DNA of 64,000 nt from a virus (taxonomy: Duplodnaviria; Caudoviricetes). This document shows, piece after piece, positions 36,477-46,785 of the stretch. Numbering within the stretch: position 1 is the first letter of the stretch; each line of letters starts with the position of its first letter. Below the pieces are notes generated by a model. It was not told the DNA's origin. It saw only the letters and a program-made list of their open reading frames with translations, and made no database searches. The stretch is taken from IMG/VR virus record IMGVR_UViG_3300028833_000065; one strand, given 5' to 3'. Position numbers and translations under genes: made by a program.

Positions 36477-37817
36477 ATGGATTAGGTATATTTATCTTCA
36501 ATAGTAACTGATTCAGATTTATCTAAATTGCACCCTGGCGAATTTAATATTATTAAAGCGCCAATTGGCTTGGGTAAAACTACTTTTATGTTTGATGAAA
36601 GAATTTTAAAATTTGCGCGCGACCGCAAGCATGTGCTTTATTTAATTTAGAATAAGACTACGCGCGACATGATTGCGGAATAGCATCCAGATAAGGCAAA
36701 AGTATTTGCGGACAACAATTACAATGGGTGGTTTGAACACCGTCGTAAAGGCGTGTGGACTTCGGAAGAGGATGAAAACTATGTGCATGTAATGTGTTAT
36801 CAAACTTTTGCGGCGCTCCTGCGCAATGAAGGGACGGAGTGGTTATAGGATATTGACCTTATAGTCTGGGATGAATTTGATGATGTGAAAAAATATTATA
36901 ATTCTGAAATTAAAGCGCTAAAGAAATTGTTACCAGGGTTTTCTCCGGAATTACTGGCGGATACTATCAGGAAAGGTAATCCTCGGTCTACTGTTAACTT
37001 TGTATATTAGGTTAAGAATATAATTCTAGACCCGGGGTAGATTTTGTTAATTGCGGTTTCAGCGACACCAGAATGCGCAGCCGCATTATTTCAATCATAT
37101 GTCAATTATATTATTTCGGGTGATATAGAGGCGAAATATATTGCTAAACACACAGCCTGGATTAAAAATGTAATTACAGCTGCGCGCGAAGGTATGTTTA
37201 AACCCGATGGACGCAAATATTGGTGCTATACTAAATTTATTACTGATGCTTTAGTAATAGAAGCGGCAGTGCGCCCATGGGGCTTACATCCTATTGTACT
37301 ATGGTCTGAAAATAATATGAACTTTCAAGACCAATTTACAGAAGAAAAGCGTGCGACAATAAAAACAATTTAGAAGGACGGGTATGTGCCTTCTCAATAT
37401 GATTTTGTTATTACCACTGGGGTGCTGGGGCGAGGCATCAATATGTATGACGAAACATATTAGGACTGGATTTGTAACTCCGATGAGTATGAAGATGTGC
37501 ATTAGTTTATGCGCGCAAGGTTCTCGCCGGAGCGCCAATATTTATTAGAAAGCGCGCGAGGACTTGTTCAATTTGTATAGCATGGATTTCCAATTGAATA
37601 TTATAAATGGCATAGCATTAAAGAATTAAAATAGTTACTTATTGATGAACCTATCTATACGAGTGATTTAGACCCAAAAAAAATAACAACCCCCACAGCT
37701 TTATTGGCTGCTTATCCTAATAGAGTAGAAAAACGCCGCTATGGTACAGCGCATCAAGTACAATATAGAATTAAAGAAGGTGATAATAATGAAGTACAAG
37801 AAGATGTTAGTGAGTAA
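36477..37817 (+). CDS. SF2 (DExD-type) helicase-like protein (446 aa, code 15)
   Basis: Walker A APIGLGKT, Walker B IVWDEFD, motif III AVSAT, motif V TTGVLGRGIN, motif VI H*FMRAR; promoter TTGACT..TATAAT upstream. Confidence 0.8.
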
Positions 37818-38121
37818 AGAGCGCAATTAGAAACTGTATAATACAGAGCAAGATATTACTAGACTATTTAATTTATTCATAGAGCAAAATTTTCCAGCTC
37901 TTGGCTTCATTTATGATGCGGCTTAGGGGCTATGGATGTTCGCTGGCGCGGAAGAAATGGAGCAGCTTATGAAGAGTGCTCCGTTTGCGCCTTGCGAAGA
38001 CTTTGACTTGGCATAGTATATTTCCAGCTTGTCGCACGATGATATTTTTTGGATGGTTGATTTATCAACACCTAACCTAAAATTAAATCGTTGGCAATAT
38101 GGAAAAGTGGTAGAAAATTGA
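37789..38121 (+). CDS. Hypothetical protein (3 TAGs)
   Basis: 110 aa open in code 15; followed by hairpin AAAGGGCAAGCT..AGCTTGCCCCTTT. Confidence 0.55.
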
Positions 38122-38297
38122 TAGTGAATTTTTTAAAAATATAAAGGGCAAGCTTTCCAGCTTGCCCCTTTATTTATTTTATAAATGTTGTAATAAAAAA
38201 ATACCATCTCATTTTATTATAACATATTTTAACCAAAATGTCAAGTGTTTGCCGGCGCGCATAAAGAAAAAGAGAAGGCTTTCGCCTTCTCTTCCAA

Positions 38298-38789
38298 TTA
38301 CGCCTTAGTATAGTAAGGCTTCTTGTCTCCCTCGCGGGAAGTTACGGTAAGTACGCCCTTCTCTACGAGTCTACGAGCGCTCTGGCCTACCTGCATTACA
38401 AGCACATTTGCGGGCAGCTTGTCTGCGAGTGCGGCACGAATATCAGTTGCCGTGTATTCGGTGAAAGAAGGAAGTCCGGAAATCATGGCATCCAGCTCGT
38501 CCCGGCGTGCCTGAGCTTCGGGGGAAGGACCCTTGGGAGCCTTAGGCTTGCTTGCTCTCTCAGCTTCGCGCAGAGCAGCAGCGGTTTCCCAATCCTTATA
38601 AGCCGCTGTCGCAGCGTCATAGTCAAAGGGAACGTGAGTCTTTGTTGCTTCCATAAGCGCCTTGCTTACACTAACCTTGGCGTAGCCGCCGTCTTCAAGG
38701 GGCACGATAACAAAATTGCTGCCCTTAACACGGCCCATAACTGCGCCTTCAACACCCATAATTACCTTGTTCAGTTCGTTAATAGTCAT
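38298..38789 (-). CDS. Protein with C-terminal winged-helix-like domain
   Basis: YTATDIRAAL...VGQSARRLVEKGVL....KPYY; own promoter and terminator. Confidence 0.6.
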   Translation of the reverse strand: MTINELNKVIMGVEGAVMGRVKGSNFVIVPLEDGGYAKVSVSKALMEATKTHVPFDYDAATAAYKDWETAAALREAERASKPKAPKGPSPEAQARRDELDAMISGLPSFTEYTATDIRAALADKLPANVLVMQVGQSARRLVEKGVLTVTSREGDKKPYYTKA

Positions 38790-38902
38790 AATTTACTCCT
38801 TTTCTGTGGTTCAGTATGCGGCAGTCCACCCTGCACAATTTTTATTTCTTGTCCTCTTGGAACATCTTTATTATAACAGAAATTCGGGAAAAAGTCAAAT
38901 AT

Positions 38903-39064
38903 TTAACTTTCAATTTCTAGCACAGGGAACCATTCATAATAGCGGCCATCTTCGTCATTCGCTTCGGCATAGTAGCAAAATTCTTCTGCCTTTTCTAGCG
39001 TATGACATACGCCGTAGAATATGTCTTCGTATCCTTCTTTGCGCCCAATAATCAAATACAGCAT
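38903..39064 (-). CDS. Small hypothetical protein (53 aa)
   Basis: Promoter at 39096-39123, AAGGAG RBS, no TAG. Confidence 0.5.
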   Translation of the reverse strand: MLYLIIGRKEGYEDIFYGVCHTLEKAEEFCYYAEANDEDGRYYEWFPVLEIES

Positions 39065-39134
39065 TTTTCCAGCTCCTTTCCTTTTTTACAATTATATTAT
39101 ACCAGAATTTTCGTAAAAGTCAAATGTTTGACTC

Positions 39135-39346
39135 TTCCAGCTTACCGGAGCCTCTGCGCGAGGCTCCGACGAAATTCCAGCTTGCGGAAGGTTCCAGCTT
39201 TCCAGCTCGTAAGCCGAACATCGCAGCTTGCTGGGAGCTAAAAATCGGTGGAACCGATTTTTTCCAGCTTGGGTAGGAATGGTAATTCCAGCTTCCAGCT
39301 TATTTTCAGCTTTCTGGCGCAGCTTGTAGCTTCTAGAAACTAGCTT
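39135..39346. repeat. Cluster of 13 AGCT sites (7 as TTCCAGCT), co-oriented
   Basis: Counted directly in a non-coding interval. Confidence 0.8.
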
Positions 39347-39423
39347 GCCTTTCCCTTTCCCTTTCCTCTTTACATATATATTATACCATAATTTTGATAA
39401 AAAGCAAATACTTGTATATCTAA

Positions 39424-39443
39424 TAGTTAGTTATAACTAACTA
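39424..39443. repeat. Perfect 20-bp palindrome TAGTTAGTTATAACTAACTA
   Basis: Related copies at 57268-57283 and 57294-57311. Confidence 0.75.
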
Positions 39444-39538
39444 CTTGACAGTGCGGAAATTTAGATGTATAACATCTAAAAATTTGAATTGACATTCTTA
39501 TTATTTAGTAGTATACTTACCTTGTTCTCAGGAAGGAG

Positions 39539-39847
39539 ATGACTATAATGAAGCGAATTGTTAAGAAGCGAATTGTCTTGTATTGCCCTTGGGAAGATGA
39601 AGAAATTATTGGCACAGAAGAGTATGATAGTTCCATACCAGACGAAGATATTCTTAATGCTTTACATGAACAGGGGAAGACTATGTGGCTTCCGACTTAT
39701 CCTGACTATGATGAACTTTGGCTTATGCTACCAGACAATGGTATAATGTTGCCACATTATAAGTTTGGTGTGGATGAATTTTATGTTCAGATACCGACAT
39801 TTTGGGATAAGATAAAAGATGCGCTGTTTGGACGGAAGGAGAGGTAA
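39539..39847 (+). CDS. Hypothetical protein (inverted cassette)
   Basis: TTGACA promoter at 39489; AGGAAGGAG RBS. Confidence 0.65.
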   Translation: MTIMKRIVKKRIVLYCPWEDEEIIGTEEYDSSIPDEDILNALHEQGKTMWLPTYPDYDELWLMLPDNGIMLPHYKFGVDEFYVQIPTFWDKIKDALFGRKER

Positions 39848-39849
39848 AA

Positions 39850-40062
39850 ATGTTTAAAATTGGCGATAAAGTGATGATTGATAATGAGGAACGCTTAGTT
39901 GGTTATATTGTAAGTATAACCATTGACCCGTTGGAAGAATATAGTGTAAAGACAGAAACTGAGTTCAACTTTATTACTTATGTGGTTCGTGTCTTCAAGC
40001 CGTTTTATGTTAATGGATACTCGGACTTCTATCGTATGAGTGATGATTTGACAAGGGTTTAA
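39850..40062 (+). CDS. Small SH3/KOW-like hypothetical protein
   Basis: MFKIGDKV...GYIVSI; terminator AAGGGCGAAAGCCCTT. Confidence 0.6.
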   Translation: MFKIGDKVMIDNEERLVGYIVSITIDPLEEYSVKTETEFNFITYVVRVFKPFYVNGYSDFYRMSDDLTRV

Positions 40063-40132
40063 GGGCGAAAGCCCTTAAATTATTTTAGATGTATAACATC
40101 TAAAATAAAACAAGGCGGTTGCCCGCCTTATT

Positions 40133-40501
40133 TTAGCTATATAACTGACTGATAGCATTGCGCCATGCGATTTCCAACATTTCATATGGGTCTGCCCATT
40201 CTGCTCGGCCAGTATAATGATTAAGTTTTGTGATATCAATTGCGTTATATTCTTTTAAGTCCGCTTCATATGCGGCGAGAATATTACGCACATGCTCACG
40301 GCTTTCTTGTGCCTTTTTAAGTTCAACATCTTTTACGGGGCCATCTGGTAGCATGTTGGCGCAACCTTCATACTTAATAACCTGGGCGCATTTAGCAATA
40401 AGTTCGTTTCTATGCGCGCTGAGGTCAATGGTCAAACGCCTGTATTCGGTATCCTGAAAACTCCACCAAGTATCTTTTGTCTGTTCTTTCTTAAACAACA
40501 T
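40133..40501 (-). CDS. Hypothetical protein
   Basis: Own promoter, RBS and terminator between palindromes 2 and 3. Confidence 0.65.
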   Translation of the reverse strand: MLFKKEQTKDTWWSFQDTEYRRLTIDLSAHRNELIAKCAQVIKYEGCANMLPDGPVKDVELKKAQESREHVRNILAAYEADLKEYNAIDITKLNHYTGRAEWADPYEMLEIAWRNAISQLYS

Positions 40502-40681
40502 TTATTTTTCCTTCTTTCTATTGTTCTTGGGAACAATGCTATTATAGCATATTATAGGAAAATTACAAGAAGAAGATTTAGATGTTTTACATCTAAATAT
40601 TCCTGTTGACTTCTCAATTAAATGGAGTATAATATAGCCATGAACTGAAGGAAAACAGTTGAAACCAGAAAGGGAAAGAAA

Positions 40682-41164
40682 ATGACGAAGTATCTGATTG
40701 TGCGGTGTGAAGAACTGATGGACCAGTATGAGTGCGATGCTAACCGTGAACCGATGTTTCTGGTGGATGATTGGACGAAATGGTATCAGGAAAATCATCC
40801 GAATTATCAGTTTGAAGTGTATAAGTTTGAAGATGATAAAGAATGTACTTTGGAAAAGACTTATGAAGAGTCTATGGATTATGGAATGGCATTATACTTC
40901 TGGAATATGGATGATAGCCATGAAGAAGTAGCGCCGACCGTAATTGCGCATTATAAGGGTTATAATCGCGATAAGAAAGTGCCTAATAAAGTGTGGAACG
41001 TTTTTCGACAGGGTGCTTACTGGGCAGACGGTGATGAATTTACTGAAAAGGACTTTAAGAATGACTTGAGAAGTTGCGGATATGTTGCTTGGGATGATAA
41101 GGAGCATAAGAAATTTTGGGTATATGGGTATTATGCGGACGGGCGCTATTGCTTGGGATATTAA
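40682..41164 (+). CDS. Hypothetical protein (inverted cassette)
   Basis: TTGACT-17-TATAAT at 40606, leader motif, terminator AAGGAGCAAATGCTCCTT. Confidence 0.7.
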   Translation: MTKYLIVRCEELMDQYECDANREPMFLVDDWTKWYQENHPNYQFEVYKFEDDKECTLEKTYEESMDYGMALYFWNMDDSHEEVAPTVIAHYKGYNRDKKVPNKVWNVFRQGAYWADGDEFTEKDFKNDLRSCGYVAWDDKEHKKFWVYGYYADGRYCLGY

Positions 41165-41229
41165 GGAGCAAATGCTCCTTTTTCTTTTTTTAATTTTAGA
41201 TGTTTTACATCTAAAATAAAAAGGATGGT

Positions 41230-41490
41230 CTAAAACCATCCATAGAGAAGAGAAAGAAAATAAATATTAAGAACTACGCTTGACAGATGCATCAGAACAT
41301 CATTGATGTGCCGATGCTGTGAGAGGTCTTTACATACGCCGAAAAGCGCGATTGCGAGTCCGAACCATGAGACTTGAAGGCCGAAGAGCATAATCAGGAC
41401 TACATTCAAGATGGTAATTCCGCACCGAACATCATTCCATTCAAAGCGGTAAGGGGTTTCAATTCCGAACCAATTCTTAATCGTTTCCAT
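41230..41490 (-). CDS. Small membrane protein ending in TAG
   Basis: Hydrophobic segments; the TAG lies inside the terminator hairpin. Confidence 0.6.
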   Translation of the reverse strand: METIKNWFGIETPYRFEWNDVRCGITILNVVLIMLFGLQVSWFGLAIALFGVCKDLSQHRHINDVLMHLSSVVLNIYFLSLLYGWF

Positions 41491-41510
41491 TTCTATTCTC
41501 CATTTTATTC

Positions 41511-41768
41511 TTATTCTTCAAACATACTAATCTGTTCTCCACCGAAGCGCCTGAGTACGACTTCTCTTACCTGTCTCTGGGCATCTTCGTTCCAACTATA
41601 ATAGTTTTCATCATCAAGACCCTTGACATATTCATCAATGGCATCATCCACGACTTGCGTGATAGTTGCTTTTCTTTCTTTCATCAGACGCTCACAACTA
41701 GCATAAATGTCGTCCATATCAATATTCGCGCAATGCCAACTTTCCCATTCAACTTCAATCCAATTCAT
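41511..41768 (-). CDS. Hypothetical acidic protein
   Basis: AAGGAG RBS; long structured leader. Confidence 0.6.
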   Translation of the reverse strand: MNWIEVEWESWHCANIDMDDIYASCERLMKERKATITQVVDDAIDEYVKGLDDENYYSWNEDAQRQVREVVLRRFGGEQISMFEE

Positions 41769-42091
41769 TTTTTCGTTCTCCTTTCATAAGATGGCAACTT
41801 TTTCCGTATCAGGGAAAGTTGCCGAAACCTGCCCATCTCCTTCCTTGGGATTACGGGAATTCAATGGGAGCCCGTCAGTTCTCACCTTCCTAAGTCCATC
41901 CCAGTTCCTTGGAACAATTACATTATACTACGATTTTGGAAAATGTCAAGTATTTCTTTTTTATCTTTTTCTGTGAGTGTATCATACAATTCTCTTGCCG
42001 ATGGAGTGAGATAATCATAATGGACTAGGCCCAAAGCGCATAGACAACACAGTTCTTTTTCTTCGGAATTAATTGGAAATAATAGCATTTT

Positions 42092-42337
42092 TCAAACTCC
42101 ACACTTTTCAATTATTTCTTGCGGTTCAAGGTCGGAATGTGCGAGCCAACTAAGCGCACACATGATTGTATCCACATCAGTGATTTTTCCTTCTTGAATA
42201 CGATAGACAAGCATACGGTTGACTTCTTCAATTCTTTCGGCTTCTTTTTTAAGAACATTAGCTTTGTCCGTCATTCCCTGAAGAAGCTGAAATGCCAAGG
42301 TGGAGCAGTCGCAAATATCCATAGATTCAAACTTCAT
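42092..42337 (-). CDS. Hypothetical protein
   Basis: Promoter next to palindrome 5; AAGGAG RBS. Confidence 0.6.
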   Translation of the reverse strand: MKFESMDICDCSTLAFQLLQGMTDKANVLKKEAERIEEVNRMLVYRIQEGKITDVDTIMCALSWLAHSDLEPQEIIEKCGV

Positions 42338-42437
42338 TTCACTCAACTCCTTTCGTTGATGTGCTTATTATAGCATAGAGGAAAGGAACTGTCAAGAAAA
42401 TATATTTAGATGTTATACATCTAATTATCCGATAAAG

Positions 42438-42668
42438 GAAAAGCCACCCGTCGGTGGCTAAAGGCGCCGAGTGGAACGTTGCGCACCGCCCACTCTATTG
42501 AACTTTTCCTCACTTGTTTATCAGCCAGAAGGGAAAAAGTTTGAAAAGCTGAATCTGTCTGGAAAGGGGCTTTAAGGATAAACCCCTTAGAACCTCTCAT
42601 GGTTCTTGGCTATACGGAGCGCTTACGCATCAATTAAGGCGAGTCAGTTTTCGCCACCAAGAAGGGAA
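42438..42668 (-). ncRNA. Candidate structured non-coding RNA
   Basis: No credible ORF; several complementary segments; ends in a terminator. Confidence 0.4.
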
Positions 42669-42671
42669 GGT

Positions 42672-42998
42672 TTACGCCTTGCGGTAGGTATTCGGCTTGC
42701 CCTCAATCTTGACGATTTCGTCCTGCCAGAGGTGGGTCAGAGCATACTGAACCTTGCCCTTGGTGATGCCCTCAGGAAGGCCATCGGCGATGGCTTCGTA
42801 GATTTCGCTACAAGTCGCAGGAGAATCGGAGAGGTTGCTGACCAGAAGGTCGTGGAAGGACTCATAGGCTTCAAGGTTTTTCGCCTTGGCATCGGTGCCA
42901 CGGTTGATTTCCTTGTCCAGTTCAGCGAGGATTTCGGCATTGTCATAGCCAAAGTCGGTCAGAGCGGTGCGGATGGTTTCAAAAATGGACTTCTTCAT
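42672..42998 (-). CDS. Coiled-coil plus winged-helix protein (paralog of 43269..43592)
   Basis: MKKS...ATCSEI...KGKVQYAL..W.DEIVKIEGKPNTYR. Confidence 0.7.
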   Translation of the reverse strand: MKKSIFETIRTALTDFGYDNAEILAELDKEINRGTDAKAKNLEAYESFHDLLVSNLSDSPATCSEIYEAIADGLPEGITKGKVQYALTHLWQDEIVKIEGKPNTYRKA

Positions 42999-43268
42999 AA
43001 TTTAATTTCCTTTCTGGTTTTGTTAGGGTTTTCCTTCCCTCGATTTCGTATTCATTATAACATGGATTAGGAAGTTTGTCAAGAGGTTGCCGAAAATTTT
43101 CTCCCTTTTATTTTCGGTCATCGGCGAAGAGTCTTGCGTTTCCATGGAGCTTTGTTTCCGCTCTCTTGCTCCCTCTGACAGTTATCATTATACTCAATTC
43201 TGAAAAAAAGTCAACAATTTATTTTTAGATGTTTAACATCTAAAATATTTAATAAGGAAAAAGGGAGA

Positions 43269-43592
43269 TTACTCTCCCTTAATCCGGTAGGTGTTGGTCT
43301 TGCCGACAATCTTCTCAACTTCATCTGCCCAGTAGTTGGTCAGACCGTAAACAATCTTACCACGGGCGAACCCGGTTTCATCTGCGATTTCCTGAGCAGA
43401 AACGGGAAGGGATGCGGACTTCAGAACTTCCATGACCGCATCGTGCATCTCTGCGTAAACCTTGCGGTTGGCATCGGCCTTTTCCTTGCCACGTTCAAGT
43501 TCGGCGGTCAGTTCGGAGAGAATGTCCATCATGTAATCATCATTCTTTTCGGTGAGGTAGGAGACGAGAGACTGGAGAGTGGACTTCTTCAT
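43269..43592 (-). CDS. Coiled-coil plus winged-helix protein
   Basis: MKKS...VSAQEIADETGFARGKIVYGL..W.DEVEKIVGKTNTYR. Confidence 0.7.
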   Translation of the reverse strand: MKKSTLQSLVSYLTEKNDDYMMDILSELTAELERGKEKADANRKVYAEMHDAVMEVLKSASLPVSAQEIADETGFARGKIVYGLTNYWADEVEKIVGKTNTYRIKGE

Positions 43593-43687
43593 AATAATTA
43601 CCTTTCTGGTTTGTTGAGGTTTTCCTTCCTCTGTTGTGTATTCATTATAGCACCTTTGTGCTAGAATGTCAAGGGCTTTTAAAAATT

Positions 43688-43800
43688 TTGTTCCGAGGTT
43701 ATGGATGTTTGAAATCCACATTTTCCTACATTTTCTCGTTTGGCGCCTTCGGGAAGTGTATTTCCTTCTGTTGGGATTCTCACCTTGTCCCTCGGAACAA
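43688..43800 (-). ncRNA. Candidate small RNA closed by an 11-bp stem
   Basis: Starts right after a sigma-A promoter; TTGTTCCGAGG pairs with CCTCGGAACAA. Confidence 0.45.
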
Positions 43801-43890
43801 TTGTATTATATGCTAATTTAGGATTTTTGTCAACTACTTATTATTAGATGTATAACATCTAAAAATATTTTAGAATAAAAAAGTATCTCG

Positions 43891-44877
43891 TCAAGCGAGA
43901 TACTGAGCAAGTTCGGCGATAGTATTTTCAAGTCGTGTTGTATACTTAGAAGGTTCTTTATTCTGAAGATAGTTCTGCATTGCGGCAATAACAATTACAA
44001 TTTCATTCGCATCGGGACGCTTCTTTCTCAGAACAAATTCATCTGTTGTTCCGAGTTCACGGAAGGGGAAGAAGATAATTCCGTTAGAGATTGCCGCCTT
44101 TTTAGCAATCTTACTAAGAATGTATGTTTCAATGATAGCATCGTCAAGAGCGGTATGTGCTTCATCAAAATCATACTTGTCGGTCAGATAACGATAAGAT
44201 GCTTCTGCGCTTGTCTTGAAGAATGTTCCGCTTGCGGTAAGCATATCATTCTGAAGGCACTGCTTCTTGTAGGTGGCATTGTTCAGAAGATGCTTTGCGG
44301 CAAGTCCCCAAAGGTCAAACAGAGGGAAGACTTCACCATGGAAACGAAAGATATCTGCTTCAAAATCTTTATCGGGGTCTTTCTGATAGCGTTCATTTGC
44401 GATTTTAGCGCACAGATAACGCTGAGACTGTTCCCATTCAAAATAATCAGGGCTATACAGTTTATTGATATAGAGGTCCGTGAAGGGAATTGCTTTCTTA
44501 AAGTCGAACATACTATTGTATGCTCCGACCGCATCAACCGTGCGGAAGTCTTCCATCATGATTTCAACGACTTCGCGCCAAGGCTTGATAACGGTCTTCT
44601 TTTCTTCAAGCATCTTCAAATAGATTGGGCGCTTTTCCGCATAATATGCGGTATTGAATACGGCAGGAACAGAGAAAGTTTCGGCGATAAGAAACTGTTT
44701 CTTATCCAGAAGTTCGCCCTTGCGATTTGTGATAGTCCATCCAATATCATAGATGAGCGGGCGAGCGATAGCAATCTTCTTTTTCTTTTCCGGGTCATGG
44801 TTGGCGACTTCATCGGCGAACGGGAGGGTAGCGGACTCACAGTCAAGGGTAGCATAACGATTTTCTCTACGGGCCAT
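43891..44877 (-). CDS. DEDDh 3'-5' exonuclease
   Basis: LDCES, IYDIGW, AYNSMFD and EAHTALDDAIIE. Confidence 0.8.
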   Translation of the reverse strand: MARRENRYATLDCESATLPFADEVANHDPEKKKKIAIARPLIYDIGWTITNRKGELLDKKQFLIAETFSVPAVFNTAYYAEKRPIYLKMLEEKKTVIKPWREVVEIMMEDFRTVDAVGAYNSMFDFKKAIPFTDLYINKLYSPDYFEWEQSQRYLCAKIANERYQKDPDKDFEADIFRFHGEVFPLFDLWGLAAKHLLNNATYKKQCLQNDMLTASGTFFKTSAEASYRYLTDKYDFDEAHTALDDAIIETYILSKIAKKAAISNGIIFFPFRELGTTDEFVLRKKRPDANEIVIVIAAMQNYLQNKEPSKYTTRLENTIAELAQYLA

Positions 44878-45015
44878 ATCTAATCAATTCCTTTCTGGTT
44901 TTTAAGTGTTGCCTTCACTTTATGGGTAGATTATACCATCGGTTATGGTTGCTGTCAAGCGGCATTATTAGATGTAAAACATCTAAAATAGAAAAATGGG
45001 GCAAAGCCCCATTCT

Positions 45016-45804
45016 TTATTCATCTTCCACTTCGGTAATGCCCTCAACTTCACAATAGCGCGTGAACATATCACGGGCGAATTCTTCAATAGCATCAAGG
45101 TCAATTTCTTCTCCGAGTTCAACTGCGCTCTGGATTGCGGAAAAAGCAACGATACTCATCATGTGGTCTGCGGTGTTCATACTAATAGTCATAATAAAAT
45201 CCTTTCTGGTTTGAAGTGTTTTCCTTCACTATATTTTAATCATCAAGGATTTGCTGAACATTTTTAACGGCGAGGATTGCTTCATCAAGCAACTTTTCTC
45301 GTTCTGCCGTCAATTCAAATTCATCGTCAAGTTCGGTTCTAATCTTGTCAAGAAAGTCATAGATATCTTCAAAATGCTGGAGTTCATCATCTGTATAAGC
45401 CAATATCTTTTTCATATTTATACCCTTTCTTACTCCGAGACTTCACGAGGAAGAAACTGATTTTCGTCATCCTTTTCTTCCTCTTCCTTTTCCTTGGCGC
45501 GTCTTGCCTTATCCTTGGCAATCTTTTCTGCCTTGGCCTTGGCTTTTTCTGCCTTAGCTTCCTGTTTTGCCTGATAGGCATTGATTTCACTCTGCATGAG
45601 TTCTTCGGCAGTCATGTCCTCACGCTCTTCGGCAACAATTGCGCCGATGCGGACATAGCGCTGAACGCCATTCAAATCGGTCAGAATGATACCCTGCTGA
45701 CGGTCATTGATTTTCTGAAATAAGTCAAAATCGCCTTCTTCAAGTATCTGAAAAACTCTTTCACGCAAATTCTGATCAACCACGGTCTTAGAAATCTGAG
45801 CCAT
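45016..45804 (-). other. Cassette of three small genes (45430..45804, 45236..45415, 45016..45192)
   Basis: Open frames with RBS and no internal TAG; two carry the leader motif. Confidence 0.65.
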
Positions 45805-45973
45805 AATTTTTTCCTTTCTGGTTTGAGTTGTTTTCCTTCAACTTTCAATGATATTATAATCCATTCTAGGAAAATGTCAAGCATTAACTTTTAGATGTTT
45901 AACATCTAAAATATAAGTTGACATTTTTTTTGAAATGGTATATACTATCGGTGTTGAAAGGAAGGTGCCAATT

Positions 45974-46474
45974 ATGAGAAATAGCTATGAAATCCGTGCT
46001 GAAAAGTTCATCCATCAGATTTTTGATTACATTTGTGAATGTGAAAGTTGGCATCAGTTTAAGCGCGCTGTTGTTCGTTTTAATCTGGAACATGGTCGCA
46101 GGGTGCGTTTTGACCATGGATTGACTCGCGTGTGCTTTATTACTTCCGACTATGTTGTAAAGTATGATTTTGGCACTGAACGCAACATTCACGACTTTGG
46201 CACTTGTAATGATGAAGTCCGTATGTATGCTATTGCTGAAAGGGACGGCTTCGCGCATCTGCTTGCTAAACCTACAATGGTTGAGTATATGGGACATTCA
46301 TTCTGTATTATGCCCCGTATTTATGGGATTGGTAAGTATAGTCATGATGTTGATTGGTATCTTGAAGGCGCAGAACATGATTGGGTTAATAAACATATTT
46401 ATGATTGCCATAACCAGAATTATGGTTGGAAAAATCATCATCCTGTTATCTTTGACTATGCCTGTTGCTCATAA
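45974..46474 (+). CDS. Minimal protein-kinase-like fold protein (inverted cassette)
   Basis: GLTRVCF, VVK, DEVRMY, DCHNQNYG and VIFDY. Confidence 0.6.
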   Translation: MRNSYEIRAEKFIHQIFDYICECESWHQFKRAVVRFNLEHGRRVRFDHGLTRVCFITSDYVVKYDFGTERNIHDFGTCNDEVRMYAIAERDGFAHLLAKPTMVEYMGHSFCIMPRIYGIGKYSHDVDWYLEGAEHDWVNKHIYDCHNQNYGWKNHHPVIFDYACCS

Positions 46475-46537
46475 GAGCAACTTTTTATTATTAGATGTAT
46501 AACATCTAAAATAGAAAGGTAATGGGAATAAATCCCA

Positions 46538-46768
46538 TTATCTCATATCAACAACCATGAAGTCATCATTTTCCCAAATCTGACCGTAGTTCTTATCTAC
46601 AAAATCAAACTTTTCTTCTTTTGCTTCGGTAAGCAAGGCCGCCATGCGGTTCTGGAGTTCTTCCTTCTTTGCTTTGCGGGCGCAAATAGCGCGAAGTTCG
46701 GTGATGATATCACGAAGTTCCTGTGTGGTCATGATGTCGGTATCAATAATAACTTTTCCAATTCTCAT
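46538..46768 (-). CDS. Hypothetical protein (paralog of 51914..52168)
   Basis: DTD.....EL..II..LR.I.ARK....EL.N....LL.EA.E. Confidence 0.65.
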   Translation of the reverse strand: MRIGKVIIDTDIMTTQELRDIITELRAICARKAKKEELQNRMAALLTEAKEEKFDFVDKNYGQIWENDDFMVVDMR

Positions 46769-46785
46769 TTTTATACTTCCTTTCA

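Noticed and set aside
44155-44883. 242-aa plus-strand ORF (and similar antisense ORFs such as 42606..43070 and 12072..12344)
   Set aside because: Shadow frames of well-supported genes on the opposite strand; no RBS or motifs.
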